A stretch of DNA of 45,322 bases, from the NCBI RefSeq assembly GCF_041685465.1, contig NZ_JAWLFS010000001.1, positions 1-45,322 on the forward strand, in the 5' to 3' direction. Of this stretch, positions 1-16,855 are shown piece after piece (position 1 is the first letter of the stretch; each line of letters starts with the position of its first letter). Below the pieces are notes generated by a model. The model was not told the origin of the DNA. It saw nothing but the letters and a program-made list of their open reading frames with translations, and made no database searches. A program made the translations under genes and the position numbers. Source of the DNA: Rhodosalinus sp. GTDB taxonomy: Bacteria > Pseudomonadota > Alphaproteobacteria > Rhodobacterales > Rhodobacteraceae.

Positions 1-71
1 CCGAACGACGACCGCCGCGTCCGGAGGGGCGCGCCCGAACGATGACCGCCGCGTCCGGGGGACGCGGCGGT
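1..71. repeat. 24-bp direct repeat (period 34) with the second copy folding into a 12-bp hairpin, downstream of hemA
   Basis: ccgaacgaYgaccgccgcgtccgg at 1-24 and 35-58; accgccgcgtcc (45-56) pairs with ggacgcggcggt (60-71). May be truncated by the window edge. Confidence 0.7.
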
Positions 72-107
72 GCGAAGAGGGACCGGAGGGACCGATGCGC
101 GCGGGGC

Positions 108-1322
108 TCAGGCGACCTCGTGGGCGAGGGCGCACTGCTTCCAGAGCACGGTGAGCGCGTTGATCAGATGGTCGATGTCCGCGTCCGTGTGCCAGGGCGA
201 GGGCGTGAAGCGCAGCCGCTCGGTGCCCTTGGGCACCGTGGGGTAGTTGATCGGCTGCACGTAGATCCCGTAGTCGCGCATCAGGATGTCGGCGAGCATC
301 CGGCATTTCACCGGGTCCTTGATCATCACCGGGATGATGTGGCTCGGGTTCGGCAGGTGCGGGATGCCCGCCCGGTCGAGCCCGGCACGCAGCCGCGCCA
401 CGTTGCGCCGCTGCGCCTGCCGCTCGGCGTCGGACTCCTTGAGATAGGCGATCGAGGCCTGCGCCGCCGCGGCCACCGCCGGGGGCAGCGCGGTGGTGAA
501 GATGAACCCGCTGGCGAAGCTCCGCACGAAGTCGCAGAGCGCCGCGGAGCCCGTGATGTAGCCGCCCACGACACCATAGGCCTTGCCGAGCGTGCCTTCG
601 ATCAGCGTGATGCGGTCGGCCAGCCCGTCGCGTTCCGAGACGCCGCCGCCGCGGGGCCCGTAGAGGCCCACGGCGTGCACCTCGTCGAGGTAGGTCATCG
701 CGCCGTGCTTCTCGGCGACCTCGACGATCTCCTCCATCGGGCAGATGTCGCCGTCCATCGAGTAGACGGATTCGAAGGCGACGATCTTCGGCGCGTTGGC
801 CGGCAGCGCGGAGAGCTTGGCGTCGAGGTCCTCGGGGTCGTTGTGTTTCCAGATGACCTTTTTCGCGCGGGAGTGGCGGATGCCCTCGATCATGCTGGCG
901 TGGTTGAGCTCGTCCGAGAGGATCACCGCGTCGGGCAGGCGGCTGCCGAGCGTGGACAGCGCCGCCCAGTTCGAGACGTAGCCCGAGGTGAAGAGGAGCG
1001 CCGCCTCCTTGCCGTGCAGGTCGGCGAGCTCGTGCTCCAGCGCGACGTGGTGCGCGTTGGTGCCCGAGATGTTGCGCGTGCCGCCGGCGCCGGCGCCGCA
1101 GCTCTCGATCACCTCTTTCATCCGCTCGGTGACGACCGGGTGCTGGCCCATGCCGAGGTAGTCGTTCGAGCACCAGACCGTGACCTCGGCCGGTGCGTCG
1201 TCGTCGTGGTTGCGCGCGCGGGGGAATCTCCCGCACTGCCGCTCCAGATTGGCGAAGCGGCGATAGTTGCCCTCTTCCTTCAGGGCGTCGAGCTGGGTCT
1301 CGAACAGCGCTTCAAAGTCCAT
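108..1322 (-). CDS. hemA: 5-aminolevulinate synthase
   Basis: [41 protein letters not shown] and the PLP-lysine motif GTLGKAYG. Start set at MDFEALF (RBS ggagga); overlaps the puhE stop. Confidence 0.97.
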   Translation of the reverse strand: MDFEALFETQLDALKEEGNYRRFANLERQCGRFPRARNHDDDAPAEVTVWCSNDYLGMGQHPVVTERMKEVIESCGAGAGGTRNISGTNAHHVALEHELADLHGKEAALLFTSGYVSNWAALSTLGSRLPDAVILSDELNHASMIEGIRHSRAKKVIWKHNDPEDLDAKLSALPANAPKIVAFESVYSMDGDICPMEEIVEVAEKHGAMTYLDEVHAVGLYGPRGGGVSERDGLADRITLIEGTLGKAYGVVGGYITGSAALCDFVRSFASGFIFTTALPPAVAAAAQASIAYLKESDAERQAQRRNVARLRAGLDRAGIPHLPNPSHIIPVMIKDPVKCRMLADILMRDYGIYVQPINYPTVPKGTERLRFTPSPWHTDADIDHLINALTVLWKQCALAHEVA

Positions 1323-2133
1323 GAGCGTCCTCCGGTCCGTAAGTCGTTGTCTTGGGCGCACGGCGACGCTCGGGGAGCATCCAGCGCCAGAGTTTCGCGT
1401 CCTGCCACGGGATCACCATGAGCCAGTGCTCCAGCAGGGCGAGGGCGGTCAGCGCGGCCAGCAGGGCGAAGCCCACGGTGGCCGCGGTCGTGTCGGCCGC
1501 GATCAGACGCTCCACCCAGCATGCGGTGGCGGCGGTCAGAAGCGAGACCGAGAGCGGGAAGAGCCGGTTGATCCGCCCGGTGCGGAAATGGCTCGGCAGA
1601 TGCGCGAGCGCGTCGGGGATGAACTCCAGGTTGATCTTGGGCACCCCGTAAAAGAGGTTCAGCTTGGCCGAGATGCGCGCGGCGAAGAGCACCCCGAAGG
1701 TCCAGAGTCCGAAGAGGTTCTCCGCGCCCCAGCCGATCAGCGCCATGGCGATCAGCAGCCCGACGAGCAGCATCTCGTGATAGGCGATGGTCCCCCAGGC
1801 GCGCAGGAAGCGTTCCCCTTCGCCCACGCTTGCCGGGCAGGGCCGGGCCGCCGGCCCGGTGATCTGCCCGGTCAGGAAGGCGAGCTCGACCCAGCCCCAG
1901 ATCGCCAGCGCCGAGAGGAAGGCGCCGTAGACCGCCGCCGGGCCGCTGCCGCCGAGGGTCGCGTGATAGCCGAAAAGCCCCGCCGCCAGAAGCGGCAGGG
2001 TCCAGAGCGTGGCCGCGGTGTTCGCCCGCGGCCCCCGCCGGTCCGCGAAGCGCACGAGGGCGAGGATCGCCCCGGTGGAGAACCACCAGGCAAAGAGCGC
2101 GACGAGCGCTGCGATCCAGCCCGAGGCGAACAT
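1312..2133 (-). CDS. puhE: photosynthetic complex assembly protein PuhE (multi-pass membrane protein)
   Basis: WWFSTGAIL and [13 protein letters not shown] motifs; conserved position between acsF and hemA; ATG overlaps the acsF stop (TGATG). Confidence 0.9.
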   Translation of the reverse strand: MFASGWIAALVALFAWWFSTGAILALVRFADRRGPRANTAATLWTLPLLAAGLFGYHATLGGSGPAAVYGAFLSALAIWGWVELAFLTGQITGPAARPCPASVGEGERFLRAWGTIAYHEMLLVGLLIAMALIGWGAENLFGLWTFGVLFAARISAKLNLFYGVPKINLEFIPDALAHLPSHFRTGRINRLFPLSVSLLTAATACWVERLIAADTTAATVGFALLAALTALALLEHWLMVIPWQDAKLWRWMLPERRRAPKTTTYGPEDAHGL

Positions 2134-3269
2134 CAGTAGACGGGCTCCAGACGGGGGCTCTCGGGCACCTGATGCGTCTTCGCCGGGATCGTGTAGAGCG
2201 CCGCGAAGGTCATCGCGGCGCGGGCGCTGTTCGTCCACTGCTTGAGCTTGCCGCCGACGCCGCCCTGCTTCTTGCCCTCTGCGATCGCCACGTTGGCCTT
2301 GTGCAGCCGCTCGAGGTTGCGCTGCCAGCGCGGGTTCTCGATGTCGAGCGTGATCGGGAAGATCTGCTCCGACAGCGCGCTCGTCTTGGTGAAGACCTCA
2401 TGCGCGTACCAGTCCGGGTCCACGCCGATCGCGGCGTGGAACGCCGGACGCTGGTGGTCGCGGACGTACATCGTCGCGAAGACGGCCGTCAGGAAGAACT
2501 TGATCCAGAGGACATTGACGCCGCGCGTCAGCTTCGGATCGGTCTTCATCAGCAGCGCGAAGGCCTCGCCGTGACGGAACTCGTCGCCGCACCACTCCTC
2601 GAACCACTTGAAGATCGGATGAAACCGCTTCTCGGGGTGCTTCTCGAAGTGGCGGAAGATCGTGATGTAGCGGGCGTAGCCGATCTTCTCGCTGAGGTAG
2701 GTGGCGTAGTAGATGAACTTCGGCCGGAAGAAGGTGTACTTCTTCTTCTGCGTCAGGAACCCGAGGTTCACCGCGACGCCCGCCTCGCGCAGCGCGTCGT
2801 TGATGAAGCCGGCGTGCCGCGCCTCGTCCCGCGCCATGAGCTGGAAGAGCTGCGTGATGTCCTCGTTGTGGCCGCGCCGCTTCATCTCCTTGTAGAGGAC
2901 GCAGCCCGAGAACTCCGCGGTGCAGGAGCTGATGAGGAAGTCGATGAACTCCTTCTTCAGCTTGGGATCCATGTTGTCCCAGTCGACGTGATCCCAGGTC
3001 TCGTCCTTCTTGAAGTGGCCCTTGTTCGGGTCCGCCTCCATCTCGTCGATCAGCGCGTCCCAGTCCTCGCGGACGGGCGTGACGTCGATCGCGTCGAGCT
3101 CGTCGAAGTCGGTCGTGTAGAAGCGCGGGGTCAGCAGCGTGTTCTGCATCGCCGTGTCGGTGGCCGACTTGCTGTCGAACTTTGCCTGCTCCTCCTGGAT
3201 CGCGATGCCTTCCTCGGCGGTCGTCGCGTCGGCGGAGTGCTTGGGCATCGGGTGTGTGGGCGCGTTCAT
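2133..3269 (-). CDS. acsF: O2-dependent Mg-protoporphyrin IX monomethyl ester cyclase
   Basis: LLTPRFYTTDF, SCTAEFSGCVLYKE, di-iron motifs DEARH and DEFRH, YLSEKIGYARY. Confidence 0.97.
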   Translation of the reverse strand: MNAPTHPMPKHSADATTAEEGIAIQEEQAKFDSKSATDTAMQNTLLTPRFYTTDFDELDAIDVTPVREDWDALIDEMEADPNKGHFKKDETWDHVDWDNMDPKLKKEFIDFLISSCTAEFSGCVLYKEMKRRGHNEDITQLFQLMARDEARHAGFINDALREAGVAVNLGFLTQKKKYTFFRPKFIYYATYLSEKIGYARYITIFRHFEKHPEKRFHPIFKWFEEWCGDEFRHGEAFALLMKTDPKLTRGVNVLWIKFFLTAVFATMYVRDHQRPAFHAAIGVDPDWYAHEVFTKTSALSEQIFPITLDIENPRWQRNLERLHKANVAIAEGKKQGGVGGKLKQWTNSARAAMTFAALYTIPAKTHQVPESPRLEPVY

Positions 3270-3562
3270 AGGTCCACCTCCTCGGAGAACGAGAATTCGC
3301 AGAGCTCCATCACCTCGACGTCGCCTGTCAGGCGCGTCCAGAACCGTTCGAGGCCGGAGGCGCGCACGATGATCGCGTCGCGGTCCTCGGTCACGACCTC
3401 GCCGAAGGCGGCCATGATCTCGGGGCCCTTCACCTTCACCTCGTCGCCGGGGTGGACGACCGCCCCGTTGTTGAAGCGCACATGCGCGTGCAGGCTTTCG
3501 AACCTGTGGCTCACCTCCACGGTGCAGGGCGCGTGTTCGATTTCTCGCGTCAGAAGTCCCAT
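3266..3562 (-). CDS. bciE: BciE, accessory factor of the alphaproteobacterial AcsF cyclase (98 aa)
   Basis: Lies between puhC and acsF with a 4-nt overlap of the acsF start. Starting at MGLLTRE, it has Cys at positions 13 and 88, which from memory matches the two conserved Cys of R. sphaeroides BciE. Confidence 0.85.
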   Translation of the reverse strand: MGLLTREIEHAPCTVEVSHRFESLHAHVRFNNGAVVHPGDEVKVKGPEIMAAFGEVVTEDRDAIIVRASGLERFWTRLTGDVEVMELCEFSFSEEVDL

Positions 3563-3579
3563 GTCTCGGTTCCCTTTCG

Positions 3580-4047
3580 TCACTCGCGCAGAAGCTTGGC
3601 GAAGGCTTCCGCGTTGTCCCGACCGAACCCCATCAGGTCTGCTCCCCACCCGGTGGAGGGATCGTGGACGGAAAAGCGCCCGTTCTCGTGGCGCCGCAGT
3701 TCGACGGGGCCGTCGAGGGCCACGCCGTGCTTGGTGCGCTCTCGGTCGAGCACACGGTACACGCCGGACACGAAGCCGCCTTCTTCGGGCGACAGGTCGG
3801 CGATGAGCGTCCCGTCCTCCGCCCGCACGCTGGCGGCGCCGGACATGTCGCCGTCGAGGTAGAGCAGGCGCGTATGCGTGATCGCGCTCTCCGGCGGGGT
3901 CGAGGTGACGGGACGGTCCGTCCAGACCGCGATCGAGACGATCACGAGGACGGTCATGACGAGCCCGAACATCGCGCGCACGAGCACGGTGGGAACGATC
4001 CTGTGTTCCGGCGTGTAGGTGCGCGGCGGGCGGGCGGTGTGCGACAT
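3580..4047 (-). CDS. puhC: photosynthetic complex assembly protein PuhC
   Basis: N-terminal TM helix, GGFVSGVYRVLDRER and DLMGFGRDNAEAF; synteny; RBS ggagga upstream of MSHTAR. Confidence 0.92.
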   Translation of the reverse strand: MSHTARPPRTYTPEHRIVPTVLVRAMFGLVMTVLVIVSIAVWTDRPVTSTPPESAITHTRLLYLDGDMSGAASVRAEDGTLIADLSPEEGGFVSGVYRVLDRERTKHGVALDGPVELRRHENGRFSVHDPSTGWGADLMGFGRDNAEAFAKLLRE

Positions 4048-4075
4048 CTTCAGGCTCCTCCCTCGGATTACAATT

Positions 4076-4711
4076 TCACTCGGCGGCCACCGGGGCAACC
4101 GGCGCGTCGGCACGGGCCACCTGCGGCTCGGCCACGCGGGTCTCGGCGGCCTCGGCCAGCAGGCCCGCGACGCGCTCGGCGTCCGGGATGCAGCGCAGCG
4201 CCGGTTCCGGGTGCCTCAGGTGCCACGGCCGGACATGCGGCCAGAGCACGAGGTAGCTGAAGCGGGTTTCGCCCATGAGCTCCAGCGCGATGGTGCCGGT
4301 GCCGCGGCGGCGCAGGTCAAGATTGGCGTTCGCGATCTGCGTGTAGGGCAGGTTGAGCGTCACGGTGAGCGCCGCGCCGACACGCATGGCGACGCGGCGA
4401 TTGGTGATCGTGTAGACCGTCGCCCGCGCCTGCACCCACGCGACGAGGGCGAGCAGGGCGCAGACGATCAGCCCCATGACGATGAAGGGCGTCGAGATCG
4501 CCACCGCCTGCGTGACGGGCATCAGGCCGATGGCGGCGACCAGACGCCATGCCGCGAGCAGGACGAAATAGCCCATCACCCACTTCAGGTTCATCGACTC
4601 GAAGGCGAGTGCCCAGGCGTCGGGGCGGCCCTGCCAGAGGATGCGCTCGCCCTCCGGCGGCGTCTCGGGCAGGCCCTTCACGGGTTCGAATGCGAAATCG
4701 TCGTGCGACAT
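4076..4711 (-). CDS. puhB: photosynthetic complex assembly protein PuhB
   Basis: EPVKGLPETPPEGERILWQGRP, YTITNRRVAMRVG, LWPHVRPW; directly follows puhA. Confidence 0.93.
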   Translation of the reverse strand: MSHDDFAFEPVKGLPETPPEGERILWQGRPDAWALAFESMNLKWVMGYFVLLAAWRLVAAIGLMPVTQAVAISTPFIVMGLIVCALLALVAWVQARATVYTITNRRVAMRVGAALTVTLNLPYTQIANANLDLRRRGTGTIALELMGETRFSYLVLWPHVRPWHLRHPEPALRCIPDAERVAGLLAEAAETRVAEPQVARADAPVAPVAAE

Positions 4712-4730
4712 GGCGTCGGGTCCTTTCCGG

Positions 4731-5501
4731 TCAGAGTTGCGGCTCGAGCCGCTCCTCGTCGGCGTAGATCACGCCGCCGGCGTAGTAGGCGGCGATCTTG
4801 TCCTCCTCGAGCAGGGTCACCTGCCGCGGCGAGGCGTGGCTCGGCACGTTGGCGAAGTGCTTGGCGTAGATCGTGCGGATCTTGACGTGGTCGCGCTTGA
4901 TCACGGCGAGCGTCATCGGCACCAGCCGCTTGCCCTGGCCCCACTCGGGGTCGAGCTGATACTCGAGGAAGCGCACGAGCTGCTCGGGTTCGTCGATCCA
5001 CATGTCGGTGACCGTTCCGACCACCACCTTGTCGCCCGACATCACCGGCAGCCCCCGCGGATCGCGGCCCGCCGCGACGTGGAAGTTCTCGGTGGCCGCC
5101 ATCGGCACGATCTTCGGGTGGCCGTGGCCGTCGAGCTCCGGCACGTCGCGCCGCTGCACCCAGGCCGCGGGGCCGATGCCGTCGACGAGCGGATCGCCGG
5201 TCGGCACGAAGGGATAGCCGCGGATCGGCTGCGTCTGCTCCATCGCGAGGTCCTCGCGCTCCTGAACCTGCTGGGAGGGATAGGAGACCTCGCCGCGCCC
5301 GTGCGCCAGCTTGAAGGTCTTGTCCTCCGGCAGCGGGAAGACGCTCGGCGTCGGCGCCGCATTGCCCTGCTCGTCCTCGAGCGGGTAGCCCTCGCGCATG
5401 TTCTCGCGCTGAAGGTAGACGATGAGCCCGAAGAAGAAGAGGTAGAAGAGCCAGAGCGACAGGCTCGCCAGGTCGAACTCTCCGAAGAATGTCTCAGTCA
5501 T
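4731..5501 (-). CDS. puhA: photosynthetic reaction centre H subunit
   Basis: DLASLSLWLF TM helix, YLQRENMREGYPL, PTGDPLVDGIGPA, VTLLEEDKIAAYYAGG. Confidence 0.98.
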   Translation of the reverse strand: MTETFFGEFDLASLSLWLFYLFFFGLIVYLQRENMREGYPLEDEQGNAAPTPSVFPLPEDKTFKLAHGRGEVSYPSQQVQEREDLAMEQTQPIRGYPFVPTGDPLVDGIGPAAWVQRRDVPELDGHGHPKIVPMAATENFHVAAGRDPRGLPVMSGDKVVVGTVTDMWIDEPEQLVRFLEYQLDPEWGQGKRLVPMTLAVIKRDHVKIRTIYAKHFANVPSHASPRQVTLLEEDKIAAYYAGGVIYADEERLEPQL

Positions 5502-5531
5502 GGTGCTTTCCTTTCGAGAGGCATGCAGCGG

Positions 5532-6971
5532 TCATGTCGGCATCTCCGCGAGACCGAAGCGGCGCTGCTCCGGTTCGGACCGCGCGGGGCCGGCGTGTTT
5601 CACGAGCGGGCCGATCGCCACGAGCGTGACGAAGAGAAGCCCGATCTCGAGGTGGTAGACGAAGGAGTATCCGGTCGCCGGGTCGTTCAGCGCCTCGCCC
5701 AGCCGCCCCGAGAGCGCGGCGTGGTTGACGAGATCGCGCAGCCCGCCGCCGAGCGCGATGGAGAGGCCCGCCGCCGTCGCCTGCGCCGCGCCCCAGGCGC
5801 CGAGCGCGAGGCCGCGGCCCGCCGCGCCCTCGGCCGGCATGGTCATCGCCGCCGTCAGGGTGGCCACAGCGAACATGCCGCCCCCGAAGCCGATGAGCGC
5901 CGCGCCGGCGAAGAAGATCGCGCCCGACTCCATCGGCGCGGCGAAGATCACCGTCGAGAAGGCGGCGACCCCGATCAGCACGCCCATGGCGGCCATGCGG
6001 TAGGCGTTCGAACCCCGCGCCAGCATCCGGGCGGCGAGCGCGAAGGACAGGAGCGCGCCGCCTGCCCAGATCGCCGTCAGCAGCGTCGTGGCCGAGACCG
6101 AAAGGCCGAGGATCTCGCCGCCGTAGGGTTCCAGCAGCACGTCCTGCATGTTGAAGGCCATGGTCCCCAGGAAGACCACCGCGAGCAGCCGCCCCGCCGT
6201 GCCCCCGGCGGCCAGGTCGGCCCAGGCGTCGCGGAAACGCGGGCGCGGCGCCTCGCGCTCCTCGCGGGTCATCGGGCTGACCTTTTCCTGCTTCCAGAGC
6301 GCCACGAGGTTCAGCAGGATGCCGGCCAGCGCCACGCCCTGCACCACGCGCACCAGCGTGAAGGGCGCGAAATCCCGCAGAAGCCAGCCGACCACGATGG
6401 CCGAACCGCCCATGCCGATCAGGTACATGACGTAAAGCAGCGCCACGACGCGTGGCCGCGTCTCCTCGGTCGCGCGGTCCGCCGCGAGCGCAAGGCCCGC
6501 GGTCTGCGTCATGTGCATGCCGAGCCCTGCCATCAGGAAGGACACCGCCGCCAGCACCTCGCCGGCCCAGGCCGGGCCGACGGTCTGCTGCCCGCCGAGC
6601 ACGAGGATGGCGAAGGGCATCACCGCGAGCCCGCCCATCTGCCAGAGCGAGCCGAACCAGAGGTAGGGCACCCGCTTCCAGCCGAGCGCGCTCCTGTGGG
6701 TGTCCGAGCGGAAGCCCAGCAGGGCGCGGAAGGGCGCGATCAGCACCGGCAGCGCGATCATGCTGGCCACGACCAGCGCGGGCACCGAAAGCTCCACGAT
6801 CATCACGCGGTTCAGCGTGCCCAGCAGCATGACCATCGCCATGCCGACCGAGACCTGGAACAGCGAGAGCCGCAGAAGCTGGCTCAGCGGCAGGCCCTCG
6901 CTCGCCGCGTCCGCGAAGGGCAGGATCTGCGTGGTGAACCGCGCGAGGGGACGGAGGCGCCAGAGACTCAT
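5532..6971 (-). CDS. lhaA: LH1 assembly protein LhaA (PucC/BCD family MFS)
   Basis: LPFADAAS, LLRLSLFQVSVGM, GTLNRVMIVEL, FNMQDVLLEPYGG; between bchM and puhA; 4-nt overlap with the bchM stop. Confidence 0.93.
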   Translation of the reverse strand: MSLWRLRPLARFTTQILPFADAASEGLPLSQLLRLSLFQVSVGMAMVMLLGTLNRVMIVELSVPALVVASMIALPVLIAPFRALLGFRSDTHRSALGWKRVPYLWFGSLWQMGGLAVMPFAILVLGGQQTVGPAWAGEVLAAVSFLMAGLGMHMTQTAGLALAADRATEETRPRVVALLYVMYLIGMGGSAIVVGWLLRDFAPFTLVRVVQGVALAGILLNLVALWKQEKVSPMTREEREAPRPRFRDAWADLAAGGTAGRLLAVVFLGTMAFNMQDVLLEPYGGEILGLSVSATTLLTAIWAGGALLSFALAARMLARGSNAYRMAAMGVLIGVAAFSTVIFAAPMESGAIFFAGAALIGFGGGMFAVATLTAAMTMPAEGAAGRGLALGAWGAAQATAAGLSIALGGGLRDLVNHAALSGRLGEALNDPATGYSFVYHLEIGLLFVTLVAIGPLVKHAGPARSEPEQRRFGLAEMPT

Positions 6972-7647
6972 CGCGACACCTCCAGCGCCTGGGAAATGTA
7001 GAAGCCCCGCGCGACGCGCTCGAGCACGCGGAGCCGCGCAGGCGTGGCCGCCTCGCGCAGCGCCCGGGCGAGGCGCTCGGGCGCATGCGGCACCATGGTG
7101 GGCGAGCGGTCGGAGCGCGGGAAGAGCTTGCCCGCCTGCCACATCGCCATCAGGAGCGGCGTGCGCGGCGCGACCGTGAAGACGACCCGCCCCTCGGTGC
7201 GCCGCGCCAGCACGTCGAGCGCGCGCGCGAGATCCGGCAGGCGGTAGTAGATCAGGCTGTCCATCGCCACGACGTGGTCGAAACGCCCGTGGGCGGGATC
7301 GAGCATGTCGCCGGCGGCGAAGGTCACCCGCCCCCGGCAGCCCTCCGGCAGCCGCGCCTCGGCGATCTTCACGAGCGACGGCGAGATGTCCACCGCCACC
7401 ACCTCCGCGCCGCGCAGGGCGAGCTCGGCCGTCATCGGCCCCGCCCCGCAGCCCGCGTCGAGCACCCGCACGCCCCGCAGATCCTCGCCCAGCCGGCCGA
7501 GGATCTGCATGCGCATCGTCTCGCGCCCCTGGCGCACCGTCTCGCGGATCTTCGAGACGGGCGCGTCCGAGGTCAGCCGCTCCCAGGTGCGGGTCGCGGT
7601 CTTGTCGAAATAGGTCTCGACGCGGGACAGGGTGCTCTCGTAGCTCA

Positions 7648-7648
<1 letters not shown>
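6968..7648 (-). CDS. bchM: Mg-protoporphyrin IX methyltransferase
   Basis: YFDKTA...W, SAM-binding VLDAGCGAG, AMDSLIYY, FYISQALE; start MSYEST overlaps the bchL stop. Confidence 0.95.
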
Positions 7649-15705
<8,057 letters not shown>

Positions 15706-15762
15706 TTCTCCTCCACGGGCTCGGATGGTGTTGAGACGATGCTAGGGGGGAGACGCGGAAAG

Positions 15763-15780
15763 TGTCAATCCTAATTTACA
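15763..15780. promoter_or_regulatory. PpsR/CrtJ binding site upstream of bchF
   Basis: tgt-caatcctaattt-aca, an exact TGT-N12-ACA. Confidence 0.9.
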
Positions 15781-15797
15781 CCCGTCCGATCGAGATA

Positions 15798-15815
15798 TGT
15801 AAGCCCGCGTGGACG
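15798..15815. promoter_or_regulatory. degenerate second PpsR site
   Basis: tgt-aagcccgcgtgg-acg (TGT-N12-ACG, one mismatch), 17 bp from the exact site. Confidence 0.55.
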
Positions 15816-15935
15816 CGCGCAGGGGGCGGGCCATTCCGGCGCGGGGCAGATGGTATCGTATCGAAACCACTTGAAAAAAAGGAAAAATTTCTCCGTCCAA
15901 AAACAGGCGCTAAGCGTTCCGGGGCGCCGCGAAGG

Positions 15936-15953
15936 TGTCAGGAAGGTTTGACA
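15936..15953. promoter_or_regulatory. PpsR/CrtJ binding site upstream of ppaA
   Basis: tgt-caggaaggtttg-aca, an exact TGT-N12-ACA with extended TGTCA/TGACA symmetry. Confidence 0.88.
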
Positions 15954-16033
15954 GCCTCCTTGCGGGCGCCGCAAACTCTCCCACGCGAGGCGAGTCGCAA
16001 CGCCTTGGACCTGCCTTGGGGATGGAGGGCACC

Positions 16034-16804
16034 ATGAAAGACGCCATGGACACCTGCAGCGAAGGCCCCGACGAAAGCCCCGGCATCCGCAGCCTCGCCG
16101 AGTCGGCGCTGCGGATCCTGGCCGAGCGCAAGCAGGGCGCGCGCGCGGCCGACCGGCACGACTGGGTCGAGCGGCTGTGCGATGCGGTGGTCTCCGACTC
16201 GGAGACGAGCCATCACCGGGTGATCTCGTCCATGGTATCGAGCGGCATCACCAGCGACGATGTCTTCGACATCTACCTGCCCGCCGTCGCCCGCGAGCTC
16301 GGCGAGCGCTGGGTCCGCGACGAGGCGGGCTTCGTGCAGGTCACGCTCGGCACCGGGCGGTTGCAGACGCTGATCCGCGAGCGCGCGGGCGTGGGGGCCG
16401 GGGGCGCCGACGGAACCGGCCGCGTGCTGATGGTGCTGCCGCCCTTCGAGGCGCATGCCCTGGGCGTGTTCATCGCCGCCGACCAGATCCGCCGCGCGGG
16501 CCACGCCGTGCATGTCTCCGTCGGCCCCGAACCGTCCGAGCTTGCCCGGATGCTCGAGGACCGCGACTTCGACATGGTCGGCCTGACCTGTGCCACCCGT
16601 CGTGCAATCGGGCGGCTTCGTGATTATATCCACGAGGTGCGGTCGGCCGTGTCCACGGCGCCTCCCCTCGTCGTCGGCGGGCCGCTGGTGCCGCAGGTCC
16701 GCGACCTTGCCGAGATTTGTGGCGCCGATCACGCTGCTGAAACATGCGAGGCCGCCCTGCGCGCCTGCGGTCTTGTATCGGCGACGGAGTCGCTATGTAT
16801 ATGA
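16034..16804 (+). CDS. ppaA: cobalamin-binding photosynthesis antirepressor PpaA/AerR
   Basis: YLPAVARELGERW, B12-binding EAHALG (ExHxxG) and LVVGG; between bchF and ppsR; start chosen at the ATG after ggaggg. Confidence 0.9.
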   Translation: MKDAMDTCSEGPDESPGIRSLAESALRILAERKQGARAADRHDWVERLCDAVVSDSETSHHRVISSMVSSGITSDDVFDIYLPAVARELGERWVRDEAGFVQVTLGTGRLQTLIRERAGVGAGGADGTGRVLMVLPPFEAHALGVFIAADQIRRAGHAVHVSVGPEPSELARMLEDRDFDMVGLTCATRRAIGRLRDYIHEVRSAVSTAPPLVVGGPLVPQVRDLAEICGADHAAETCEAALRACGLVSATESLCI

Positions 16805-16855
16805 CACCAGCCGGGAGCGGGGGGGCTTCGCGGCGCTAACGTCGAAGGGACCGCC

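Noticed and set aside
1-71. Possible CRISPR repeat-spacer
   Set aside because: Only two copies, a 10-bp spacer and no cas genes.
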